Of a stretch of 64,000 bases of DNA, positions 28,714-40,560 are shown in pieces; position 1 is the stretch's first letter, and the number at the start of each line of letters is the position of its first letter. The position numbers were made by a program, and so were the translations under genes. Under the pieces are notes generated by a model. The model had not been told where the DNA came from. It saw only the letters and a program-made list of their open reading frames with translations, and ran no database searches. The stretch is from Spironucleus salmonicida (Eukaryota). The DNA lies in assembly GCF_000497125.1 (NCBI RefSeq), contig NC_090596.1:620001-684000 (forward strand). Direction: 5' to 3'.

Positions 28714-29345
28714 AAATACAAAGCTCACTTCTTGTGGTCGGGCTGGGCGCGCTTGCCGATCCGGGTGGCGAGCTCCATGTCGGGCTGCATGATGGTGACG
28801 CGCTTGGCGTGCTCCGCGCACATCTGCGTGTCGACGAAGAGGTTGATGAGGTAGTTCTCGGAGGCCTCCTGCAGCGCCTGGATGGCGAGGCCCTGGAAGC
28901 GGACGTCGTTCTTGTTGTAGTTCGTGACGAGCTCACGCACGAGCTTGGAGAAGGGCAGCTTGCGGATCAGGAGCTCGGTGGACTTCTGGTACTTCTTGAT
29001 CTCGCGCGTGGCGACCGCGCCCTGCTTGGACCTGCGCGTCTTCTTCACGCCCCCGGCGGTGCCAGCGGTCTTGCGGGCCGCCTTCCGGGCGATGGTCTTC
29101 CGGGGGGCCTTGGTGGCGGAGGTGGACTTCCTTGCGGTGTGCTTCGTGCGGGCCATTTTTGAAGGAGGGAACCGGGCCGGAGCGGCGCCGGCGCGCGAAA
29201 CCAGCTATCGGGAAAAGGAGCGGTGCGTTCCACCCGCGGTGGGACCGGCACGGCAGCCATGGTTGCGGCGGGCCAGGCGGCAGCGGGTTGGGTTGGGGCA
29301 GGCCGTGCTGTGCACGGGGGTGGGCGAGAGGAGATGAGCACCTTC
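28714..29345. repeat. about 630 bp inverted duplicate of about 36371-37007 (H3 plus upstream GC-rich block)
   Basis: Reverse-complement identity apart from a few substitutions and a 5-bp tandem indel (CACAG). Confidence 0.95.
28725..29156 (-). CDS. H3: histone H3, copy B
   Basis: Protein is identical to copies A and C. Confidence 0.98.
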   Translation of the reverse strand: MARTKHTARKSTSATKAPRKTIARKAARKTAGTAGGVKKTRRSKQGAVATREIKKYQKSTELLIRKLPFSKLVRELVTNYNKNDVRFQGLAIQALQEASENYLINLFVDTQMCAEHAKRVTIMQPDMELATRIGKRAQPDHKK

Positions 29346-29582
29346 AGGAAATTTTAAATAACCAATTATTGAAAGCAATAGCAACTTAAATTTTGTAATA
29401 TAGATCTTACCAGTAACTTATTTTCGAACTTGTTAGAAATGTTTTTATGTTAATATTTTAATAAGGTAGTGTGCCTGAAATCAGCTAAACTTTTATTTTT
29501 ACATTTTGATATAAAATATGATAAACGTGAATAAACCTATTATAATGAATAAAATCGTTATAGCAACTAAATAATATTTACC

Positions 29583-31787
29583 TCACTTAATTGCGAAAAA
29601 TGCGACTACTGCTACCACTATACAGGCAGCACTTACTAAAGTTCCTGTTCCAATACCTTGCCCAATAGAAGCTCCATCAATATGCTTACTTCCATGATCG
29701 CATTTTTTGAAAAGATCGTCTAAATCAGATTTAAAATAAATTCTAAGGTTAATATGTTATTTCTTTTAAGTAGGAGTCATAAGTTTTCTATCTGAGCTCC
29801 AATCTACATCTACAAGGACTTTATACGCTCTTGGAACATTAAATCCTTTGAGTCCTGCCAATCTTACTAGTCTGTCTCCTTCTTTTTCGATTAGATCACT
29901 TAATTTAATAGGATCAGTTGTGCCAAATCTATCATTACAAACTTTACTATCTACGCAAACGATTGCGACTGGAGCTGCTTTACTAGGCTCAGCATGAACA
30001 AAAGCACATGTAATCAATGGACTACTTTCTAAAACACCCTCAAGTGCCCCCAAATCAACAAACTCTCCATGTTACAATTTTACAACGAGACTAATTCTTC
30101 TAATAAAGCTAGCACTACCATCTTCATGTAATTTACAAAGATCTCCTGTATGATAAAAGCCATCATTATCTACAACTTTTGTTAGTTTTCCCCATTAGCC
30201 ATCAATATATCCCATACAAACACCAGGACCTTTAATACAAAGTTCACCTGTCTAATCTCTCTCTAACGTAAATTCACATTAATCGCATTGAACGATTTTT
30301 GCTTCTGTAAATGCTGATGAGAACCCAAGTTAATATGGTGTATTCATTTTCATGCCACAATAATTATAAAGACCAGTGGTGCTCAATTCTGTAAGCCCAT
30401 ATCCAAGTGTTAATCGAGCACCTGTACAAATTCTTAAAAATTCCTCCACTTCAGGAGGGAGAGCAGAAGATCCAGATATCACATACTCTACTTTTCCACC
30501 TAGGGATTTCTAAATTTTCTTAAATGCTATATTATCAATAACTGACAATTTTCCAGTTCTATAATGTGCAGGATTCGAATTAAGATATAATTTTTTGATA
30601 TTATAACAGCTGTTAAATACTGTCCTGATTAAAATATTCTATTCGCTTAGTTACTTCATAACGTTGTCATAAATTTTTTAATACACTCTAGGTACACCCA
30701 TAAACACACTAACTTACGCCAATTCAAAATCTTTTGCTATAGTCTTCATGTTTCCACTCGAGTAATATATATTATAACCCCTAAATGCGCACAAATGCTC
30801 CATGCAGCGTTCAAAGACATGTGCCAGTGGTAAATATGACAGCATAGTACTTTATTGGCCTGAATCTGTAATTGAATATGGCACAAACTATCTTCCTAAA
30901 CAGGCGCCTCCGGCACAAACATTTTTATGTGATAAAACAGCTGCCTTTGGATGGCCAGAAGTACCAGAAGTGAAAATTACAGAGTTTGGTTCTGAGAAAA
31001 CCTGATCGACAGGCGGATACAAATTTTCCATGCATTTTTCAGCCAAATCCAACGAAATTTACTCAGGAAGCTCGATTTATGCGATTTTCACGTCCGTCTG
31101 GTTGCTGAGAATGGCCTTGATTCTGGGCGTAATCTGACTAAAATCTACCGCCTCCGAAATCACGGTTTTGGTGCTCTGGACGCTGTACATCGACTTAGTG
31201 TCGTCAATTATCTAGTACGCGCTGTCGGAAATGTGCGAGTAGACCTTGCTGGCCGCGTTGACGAGCTTATCGTCGACCTAGACCTGGTCGAAAACGATGA
31301 TTTTCTTAACGGATTTGCAGTTTTCGACCATCCCAATCACGTTCGGAAGGTACTCCTCAGACGTAAAAACGAATTTCACGCCCGTGAGATTCCAGCAGTA
31401 GACGATGTTTTCGATGCTGAGGGTATCAAAAATTGGCACCGTGACGCAGTTGGCGAACGAAATTGCCAGGTCCGACAGGAGCCACAGCGGTGAGTTTTTG
31501 GCATAAACGGAGATGCGGTCCTGCTTCTGCGCGCCCAGAGCGAGCAGCTGGTCACGGATTTTGGCGATAAACAGCGTCGATTGAGCGTAGGTTATCGACT
31601 GGAACTTTTCGTTTATGAGCTTCGGCGACGTAGAGAGCCCCGCCCTGTAGGACATAAAGTTACGCGCCTTGTTGCGCGATAACGAATTCATGAAATTCTC
31701 AGGAATCGTTGTATCTAGCGGGTACTCCTCCTTCTCGTTTAGTGGGAGGTGGGAGCTGGAGGCGTGATCGTGCGGTTTTACGAACAT
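29583..31787 (-). CDS. long-chain fatty acyl-CoA synthetase, copy 2 (734 aa)
   Basis: Contains FTSGTSGHPK, SYLPLAHVFER, GYGLTE and GFYHTGD motifs. Paralog of 5085-7292. Confidence 0.93.
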
Positions 31788-32274
31788 TTTGTCCCGCGGT
31801 ATGTGAGCAATATTTTGATATATTAATATAATTTTCTACGGACTGAAAGTTGATATTAATTTAAATATACTAAATAATGGTTCGAATATCCAATATAAGG
31901 TTAAAAATATTTACATATTTTGTTGTTAAAAGCTCAGAATTGAAAAATTGAAAATATATACTTATAAGACATACTACTTAATGGGATAGAATGCTTCATT
32001 TTGTATTGATTTGATCGTGAATAGATTTTATTATATCATAAAGTATGATTAGCGTATATTGAGCATATATGTTGATAAATTGGGATAAGATCAAAATTTA
32101 AAAATGTTATAAATGCACATACTGTCCTGAATAGAGTGTATAAAAAAAGATCCATTTCTAGAATATAAAGCATTATAACTATCTAAAAAATAGAAACTTC
32201 TATAATAATTGTAAAACATATGTGTTTACAAGTTAAAAAGAAATATAATTCAAAACAACGCAATATAAGCTAGT

Positions 32275-32490
32275 TCACTTGTTAACTTTACCAAAAACTT
32301 ATAAGCTATTTAAGATAATACCATTTTCATATGGTAAACCAGAATTCGTAGGAGCAATAACTAAATCACCCTAAACAATTTTATCATTTGATGAGGATAA
32401 TACTTTGAACACATTTAACGGAGAAAACAATTCTAATTTTGACTTTGACTCTACTGTTTGTACAAAAATATTATTATTTAATGGTTACAT
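32275..32490 (-). CDS. small chaperonin-10 (GroES/Cpn10)-like protein (71 aa)
   Basis: MQPLNNNIFVQ...KIVQGDLVIAP..SG....IILNSLQVFGKVNK* matches the PLxxxVxV / VxxGDxV / xxdILakv pattern. Ends AAG TGA. Confidence 0.6.
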
Positions 32491-32684
32491 TTAAGGAAGA
32501 GAATATTTTAGAACCTTTTTATTATATAATAAATAACATATTTAATTATTTCTTTAATGTATACATTTATATTAACGAATAATATTATACGACAAACAAT
32601 ATAAATAATTTATAAAAGTAAATAAATTTACTAGTTATAACTATATAATAAACAGTTTATATTTCGGCAGCCACTTCACGAAAA

Positions 32685-34367
32685 ATGTAGTCAGATGTTC
32701 ATCCTGTATTTGTAGTACCATATAATCAAGATTCTCCACTTTCACGCTTAAGTTAGACTCAATCTTCTCCTTTTTGTCTTACACTGATTGACGGATTTCC
32801 GCTGCTTCAGCATTCAATTTATTCATTCTATATAAACGGTATCACAAATTTTACTATATAAACACCTTAATGTTATTAAAATGCATTGGAATCATTTATA
32901 GCTAAAATTTTAAATCCGTCAGCGAAGCGTGCTCGTTATGGATTAGAAATTTGTACAATAAACTTAATTACTGATACACATCTTAAGAAACTTTCTGATA
33001 TTAGCACATAAAATTTTTTCTTCATATAAAGCGATATATTTTACTCTGGTATAACTGAAAGACTTGGATTTTTGCATAGAAAATTTGATGCAACTGGTAC
33101 TATTTTTTTCACAAACTAGGAGTAATTCAAAGTTAAGAACTGTGGAGCTGGTTGTATTAGCTTTGAAGAAGAGGTAGAGATGAATGTTAGCAAAATGTGT
33201 TATTTTAAACCTCTTAATCCTGACAATATAACAGAAAATAAAACTTAGCTTTTAAAAATAAAAAGTGCTCTATTAAAAAATAAAACAGCAAAAATCAAAG
33301 TTCGTAATCAAATGCCTGCAGGTTTTATTCTAGCAAAAGAACTATTAGATACGTTAAGCGTAAATGACGATTTGTGCAATATTTAAATTTTCGAAGAACT
33401 TCTAGAGTTCTTAGTCGAGCAATAGTTTTTAAAAGGATAATATAGACATCCGGCTATTTAAACCTACTGTGAAGAGGATTTACCATCAGAGTTTGACGAA
33501 ATTTACGATAGGTGTCCAATCAATGATGATCTATAAATTATGAAACGGAAAATAGTAATGATTGGTATTTAGATGCCAGAGATACCAGATAATTTCTACA
33601 AACATAATTTCTTACTTTTAAAAGAAAAAGTAGAAACAATGCAACAATCTATATTCAACGAGCGTGTGCGCAATAACAATATGTCGGTATAAAATCTTTA
33701 GTTTAACCAATCCTTTGACTCACCTTTTAAACCACTTACACCTCGTATTTTTAGAGCCTCTACATAACTCAAAATAGCCTCATTTTCTGATTCAACCACA
33801 CATCAAAATCCCTCTAAAAACCCAAAGCTAGAAATATTTATTAACGCAAATTCACTCTAAAATATGCTCAAAATACGCACTTTCCTTCATAACTCGTCGA
33901 TTTATGAAAATGCACTTATTTCAATGAAATATGCTACAATTGACGCTCAAAATTCGACCACAAATGCATAAAATTCTCTCAAATTGAATGTATAGAAACT
34001 TAATTCTATTTTCAGTTTAATCGGCTAGAACACCCTGTTTCAACAACCCTTGATAATGTAAAAATGGGATAATGTAATAGTTTTAGGATGCGAAAATGCG
34101 AGAAATTGTTTAATTGGTGGAAGTGGAAAATTAAATGCAGCCTAGTTAGAAAATTGTTAGATTGGTGACTATGTGGTTATATAGGAGGGAGTAAAAATGC
34201 GAAATTGCGTAGTATTCGATAATTCTGAAATAGTTTCAGGGGAGTACGACGGATGTGTTATAGGAGCTAACTGTATTCTTGATTGCTTGGGCATGGTTGG
34301 ATGCGTTGTTGGTGGTGGAGTTAGGGTACGGAAAAACGAAAAATTTTCTGGGGAATAAATGGGGTGA
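32685..34367 (+). CDS. eIF2B gamma/epsilon-like protein (nucleotidyltransferase-like plus left-handed beta-helix), 560 aa
   Basis: N-terminal PFCLTLIDGFPLLQHSIYSFYINGITNF and C-terminal hexapeptide repeats (NCLIG, NCQIGDYVVIQEGVKMRNCVVFDN, GCVIGANC). Confidence 0.7.
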
Positions 34368-34880
34368 GGAATATTTTGTGACTTTCATCTATTTAAGTGT
34401 ATTCTATAAGAAAGTGAAGTTTTAAAGTAATAGATTTATTTGACGAATGGTTGAATAGCTTAAGCATTTCTGAAAAAAAGTAGGAAATTTTTTATTATTT
34501 AGATAGTTACATAGTGCAATGGCAGCTGAGTATAATATTTAGTTTTATATTCCTATAAGAGACTTTATTAATCAAGTAATGATTTTCGAAACGTTATTAA
34601 TCAGTATCCCAAAATTTTATATTTTAAAATGGATTCGTCTATCTTATAAAAATATTGATAGTTATAGCATAAGTCTGTAATTTTTATAATGAGGACTTGC
34701 TTTGACTATACTCAATTCAGATAATATTTAAAACGGATATATAGTGTACTACAAGTTAAAAATAGAATAAGTATTTTCATCAATGGTAACTTTAATTAAT
34801 ATAACGTTAGAATAACTAAACAAATTAGTCTAATTTGTCTAGTATAAAAATAAATAATTGATATTTATTGCTAATCTCAT

Positions 34881-35840
34881 TCATAAATTTTATAGTTATA
34901 ACATTAACATTAATTCTTGAGCTCTTAAACTTTTAAATTCGGCAATTTTTCTACCAATATCTACGAATACGGGAATTATTTTTAAACGTAATGCCGTTTG
35001 CGCAACGCATCTGGCAAATTTTACATAACTGTATACCTATGATTAGTTTTTCATATTAGTTATCTTAATACCGTTTAAAAAATCTAATTTTTCAAATAGT
35101 TATAAAAACATAATAGGATATTCTAAATCTGTTTCAAGATATTATATATTAGAAAAGCTACAGTAGTTCCAAAATTAAATCATTGTTTAATTTACTAATA
35201 AAGATTTAGAAGACAATTTCTCTATATATTTTATAGGATTATTTGAAAGCTATAAATAATCATATTCATTATATAACTTTATGTTCTGTAATGTATTAGC
35301 GGATAAGTTTAAAAATAAAATATGTTGTAAATATTTATCTGAGAAATTTTATAATTTATTATTTGAAAGATTTAAATACAGTAATTCCGAGTTTGATCCA
35401 TAGAATTTTACTATTTCATTATTTGTTGCAACAAGAATTTTCAATTTAGGGAAAAAAGATATGTCTATTGATCTTATTCTGTTATAAGATAAATTTAGCT
35501 AAAGTAATGAATCTGATTTAAATTATACTTTTGTAAGCTCGTTAAAACTTAAATCAACAAATTATAAAAATTAGCAGGATTCAACAAATTTAGTTTTTTT
35601 AAGCTGATTATTATTCGCAAGCAGCTGTTCTATTTCGATATATTCTGTGAAATGTTTATAGCAGTGTTTATTTTCTTCATTAAATAATATAGTTTTAACA
35701 GTTTACGTAAAAGCAATCATAGACTATGCAATCTATGAAACATATTATATCTATTTCTCCTGAAAATTACTCAACAGTAACTATTTACATGTGCTATTTA
35801 CTTAAGAATAACATGAATCAGATGTTTCACATTCTATCAT
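34881..35840 (-). CDS. leucine-rich repeat protein (319 aa)
   Basis: Repeated LxxLxLSxNxL units: LQFVDLSFNEL, LLQLNLSYNRI, LLYLNLSNNKL and ILFLNLSANTL. Confidence 0.85.
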
Positions 35841-36564
35841 TTCTATACTAATGTTAAAAATTATATTAAGCTAATATCTTTTAATAGACATAGATATAAT
35901 TTTTGTATACAATTTACGAATGATCATATCATATTATTACAATATAGTGGTATTATGTTTAGTAATTAAACTACAATTTTATTTTGTTTTACGTTTCTAT
36001 TTTTATTATTCTTTGAATAATAAATAAACTAGGGAGTAAATTAATTTTTAATGATTTAGTAATAACGATTCTAAATAACTATGCAATTAATAATAAAATA
36101 TAAACTAAACATGAAAATCACGCAGCATATAACAAAATGTATATTTTATAACATTAATGATATTTATATTATAATATAATATTATTCAATTTTTATTTTT
36201 TTCTTAATACCTGGAATATTTACAATCATTTTCTTGCATTATTATTAATAGATCCAATTTAACAATTTTAAATTATCGATAATAATAGCAGTATAATGCA
36301 TCATTTTTACAAAATCACTCTATTGCTTATAGCTTGTAATTGATACATTCATCAGAAACTGAAACACATAGAAGACGTTCATCTCCTCTCGCCCGCCCCC
36401 GTGCACAGCACAGCACGGCCTGCCCCAACCCAACCCGCTGCCGCCTGGCCCGCCGCAACCATGGCTGCCGTGCCGGTCCCACCGCGGGTGGAACGCACCG
36501 CTCCTTTTCCCGATAGCTGGTTTCGCGCGCCGGCGCCGCTCCGGCCCGGTTCCCTCCTTCAAAA

Positions 36565-36996
36565 ATGGCCCGCACGAAGCACACCGCAAGGAAGTCCACC
36601 TCCGCCACCAAGGCCCCCCGGAAGACCATCGCCCGGAAGGCGGCCCGCAAGACCGCTGGCACCGCCGGGGGCGTGAAGAAGACGCGCAGGTCCAAGCAGG
36701 GCGCGGTCGCCACGCGCGAGATCAAGAAGTACCAGAAGTCCACCGAGCTCCTGATCCGCAAGCTGCCCTTCTCCAAGCTCGTGCGTGAGCTCGTCACGAA
36801 CTACAACAAGAACGACGTCCGCTTCCAGGGCCTCGCCATCCAGGCGCTGCAGGAGGCCTCCGAGAACTACCTCATCAACCTCTTCGTCGACACGCAGATG
36901 TGCGCCGAGCACGCCAAGCGCGTCACCATCATGCAGCCCGACATGGAGCTCGCCACCCGGATCGGCAAGCGCGCCCAGCCCGACCACAAGAAGTGA
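36565..36996 (+). CDS. H3: histone H3, copy C
   Basis: Protein is identical to copies A and B. Confidence 0.98.
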   Translation: MARTKHTARKSTSATKAPRKTIARKAARKTAGTAGGVKKTRRSKQGAVATREIKKYQKSTELLIRKLPFSKLVRELVTNYNKNDVRFQGLAIQALQEASENYLINLFVDTQMCAEHAKRVTIMQPDMELATRIGKRAQPDHKK

Positions 36997-37191
36997 GCTT
37001 TGTATTTCATAGGATGTATATATCACTCAGGAGCGTAGCTGGTGTGCCCAACCAGGAAGGTGTCAATAGGGGTGGGCCGTGCCTATATCGTGGTTTGTGC
37101 CCGGAACCAATACCCCAGTTACCTAGGCGGGCGTGTACTCGGCCAGATCCGGCACACCACCCGCAGAGCGAACCAACTATTTTAGTGACTG

Positions 37192-37547
37192 TCACATCTC
37201 ACCCAAGCTCAGGCGCTTGCTCTGGAACTGGCTCTTCCGCACGTCGCTCGACTGCCTCAACTTCGTAACTTTCATCTCGTACAGCTCCTGGCTTCTGCCA
37301 ATCGAAGATGTCGCCTCGAATTCATCAATGATGGCATCTAATTCGTGTCTTGCCATATTATTACTCGTCCTCGCTTTCGTGGAGTGTAGCTCTGGCAGTG
37401 GTGGCACGGGATATTACTCATTCACGGACTGTTTTACTTCATATCCTAAGAATGAGGTCCTCATCTTTTGCTTGGTCTGTTTTTGATCGGCTAAGGGGCG
37501 GTAAAATTTAGAGTAATATATCTTATAGCATGAGTCAAGGTTAGCAT
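37192..37547 (-). pseudogene. second copy of the 11548-11904 ORF with a 1-nt deletion after the ATG
   Basis: Copy A reads ATG CCT AAC TAT GAA TCA while this copy reads ATG CT AAC CTT GAC TCA. The span is 356 nt versus 357 nt. It could instead start at the internal MARHELD. Confidence 0.45.
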
Positions 37548-37613
37548 ATCAGCAATGAAACAAAATAATATTAATAAATATATGATAATATTGGTAATAT
37601 GATTCTTTAAAAA

Positions 37614-38426
37614 ATGCTAAGTTTTCAATAGTTATATATATCTGCTATTTTAATATATATTGTCTTGATAAGTATTAGAGTAAAATACTATATAGATTTT
37701 ATTCCTAAGTCTCAATCCAAACATCTTTCTAAAGAATATATGATTTAACTAAGAAAAAGTTACTCTCAATTAAAATCTTTTAAAAATTTAGAGATAGCAT
37801 ATATTACGGCTATCATACCTTTATCAAAACAATAATCTTTAGTATATGATATTATTACTGGAACTAGTGTTAACGGACAATCTTTAATAATAGTACCAGA
37901 GCTTGGTTCTATCCATTCACTGATCGCAGAAATAACTGCAATATTACCTTATTTCCAACATATCTATATATTGAATCGGCGGATATTTTCCCCATTCTAC
38001 CGTTAGACAACCCCTATTCATTCAGCATGTACAGCAGACTTAGAGTACTTGTTAAATAAGACTAAAACATAGCACATACTTATATTGGGAGATTGTCCAT
38101 CTGGATATAGAATTTCTACGCTTAGACCAGTTAGAGTTGCATAAGTTCAACTTGATTTAAATGCAAGGAGGTTGAAGCGCTTCAATGAAGATAGAAAAGA
38201 TCATTTAAAACGTAATAGTTATCTGAACCTCCCCGTATCAGTATTAGAAAATGCCAGAAGATGTGACTCTGTCATGTTTGGTTATATAATCGATCGTATT
38301 CGTGACGAAGGAAATTCATAAAAATCAATAGATCGCAGCCATGTATTTGAAATCGAGCGTAGAGTTAAATGTCAAGGTGGTATGAATATAGTCGCAGCTG
38401 GAGAATGGCTTATTGGAGATTACTGA
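37614..38426 (+). CDS. hypothetical protein with N-terminal signal anchor (270 aa)
   Basis: MLSFQQLYISAILIYIVLISIRVKYY..., open to TGA 38424-38426. Confidence 0.7.
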
Positions 38427-38572
38427 GTTTCATAAAATTTAATTTTACATTTTTTAATATATTTGTCAATAGACTATATATACTTAAATTTTGTTATGGT
38501 TTATAAAATTGTTTTTGTTAAAAAACTATTTAAAATATATTATGACTATAATATTTTTATTGTTATCTATAA

Positions 38573-38788
38573 ATGGGGTGTTCAAATTCAAAAAATCGGC
38601 TGGCAGTAGACGATGTTCCTGATACAGATTATGGTACAGATAAGTAGATGATAATATCAGATAAAATATAATAACCAGGATCAATGATTTTCAAAGCAAA
38701 ATCAAAAATAAGATGTTCAGGAGTAGTTCAAAGAGATTTTAATTCCCTAGCATTTTCAGATATAGGTATACCTAACAAACGTGAGTGA
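38573..38788 (+). CDS. small protein with MGCxxS dual-acylation motif (71 aa)
   Basis: MGCSNSKNRLAVDDVPD...PNKRE*, ending GAG TGA. Confidence 0.65.
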
Positions 38789-39016
38789 TTCATAGTTTTG
38801 CAAGAAGCTTTGTTTCAATGATTGTGTTTTTTACTAATCTTAGTTTTTGATATAACTAACATAATTACATAATAACATAAGAAGGTGAATACCATGGTTA
38901 TTTTATAAATAATATTTATAATGTAAAATAAATCTTAAACGTTATGACACTACAAAAAATAATTTACAATATTTATATTTTTATATGATGTATTATATTA
39001 TTTTCAAATTTTCATA

Positions 39017-39607
39017 ATGTATTAACTATAAAAAACTCCAACAGTTGAGGAGTCGCTCCAACCATCTCAACTTGATTCATACCCGCTTAAAAAAGCAATT
39101 CTAGCACTATCAATAGAAAATCGAGATCTTAAGAACCTCAATTTAAACTCTGAAAACAGAATTCTGAAACTCGAGCAGGAAGTTCTAGCTCTTACAATTG
39201 CTGCAGAATACGAGAGAAATGTGCTGATAAAGAGGTTTAATTCCCAGAAAGATGAATTTGCAGCTATTCTCAGCTGTTAACAACTCCCAGAGTACAGTTC
39301 TTAGTAAGAAACATTCTAAAATACTCTTAACGAGGTAAAAACTGCACTTTTTAGCAATAATTCTTAAATTATGTCAGAAAATATTAATAGTATTATTCTG
39401 TAAATTAAGAGTGATTTTACTATAGAAAAGGAAATTCTCCAAAAGCAAAATATGGATCTAAAAATTGCAGTTTAGCATTAAAAATCATGTTCAAAATGCA
39501 CTAAAACCAAGAAAAAAGTAGTAAAAATGCAGCAGCGTATTTAATTTTTAGAAGAATAGAATTAATTTCTATTAAAGGATTTGTAGTGTTTTATACGAAA
39601 AGAGTGA
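39017..39607 (+). CDS. coiled-coil hypothetical protein (196 aa)
   Basis: MYQLQKTPTVEES...ENRILKLEQEVLAL..., ending GAG TGA in frame. Confidence 0.7.
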
Positions 39608-39636
39608 AAATTTACTAATGAACTGAAATAATTAAC

Positions 39637-40560
39637 TCATCCACAGCATTTCTTGAAAAGGTTACCACCAACATTTTCAGTAAGCAAATTCAGCAATAAT
39701 CTTTCATAGTCGCCAGATGCAATTTTTTTAACATGGGCTCTCAACTCTCCGTATTAGGCGAATTCAGAGTTTAATTTCTTTTTATCTATCCCGATAGAAG
39801 TTGCACAGATTACATAAAGTGAGTTCTTGTTATTAAGCTTAGCTCTTGAGACAACGAATGCGACACCCTGTTCAAGGCCTTAAGCGAAGTTATGAGCGAG
39901 CAAAAATGCATATTCTGATACTCCTGAAAATTCAGCCTTAATAGTTTGTGCGAGAGATTTTCCAAACTGAGTCTAATAAGAAGCAGTAATTTATTTATAC
40001 TCTTCAGTAGTAGAAGTACATAGAATACGTAAGAAAACTGCCTCTTTTGTGCCAGCTCCTTTAGCAGCTTCGAATAATTCTTTAGCTTCTGATTTTGCGT
40101 TGTTTCTGGTGTAACGCATTTAATTCATCCAGGCTCTGAAGAGCAGTCCATAGTCTTTAGAGGCTGATACAGTTTTGTGGATATCTTAGAAAAGATCTTT
40201 TCCAAAAAGAGTGAAATATGCTTCAGAAACTGGTTGAATTTCATCTTCTCCAAGAATTATTATAGCTTCTGCGAGTTATCTTTCATCCTTAAGATTATCA
40301 TTGATGCGCTTGGCAGCCACAGTATAGCGACTGTCAAAAAGCTATACCAGAGATTGCTCAAACCCCTTAGAAGTTTCTGCTTTAATAAGCTGTTAGAGAG
40401 ACTTGCCAGTAAATGCGGTATAAGTTTTAGAAATTAAAGCCAAATCGCCATAAGTAGAGCCAATAACTACGTCTATTATAGCCTTTTCGCGAGTTCCTGC
40501 ACCTTAACAAGCTTTAATGATGGTATCTGTTTTTTAGGCAATTTATAAGACAGACGTCAT
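39637..40560 (-). CDS. annexin (alpha-giardin-like), 307 aa
   Basis: Annexin repeats ACQGAGTREKAIIDVV and AAKGAGTKEAVFLRIL, plus FGKSLAQTIKAEFSG and SGDYERLLLNL. Confidence 0.92.

Noticed and set aside
36994-37188. Open frame of about 63 codons after the H3 TGA, suggesting read-through or selenocysteine
   Set aside because: With a single stop codon such a run is common by chance. Copy B lacks it, and the H3 length already matches diplomonad H3.
11548-37547. H3 cassette as a transposable element
   Set aside because: No transposase or reverse transcriptase, terminal inverted repeats, poly(A) tail or target-site duplications were seen, and the boundaries differ between copies.
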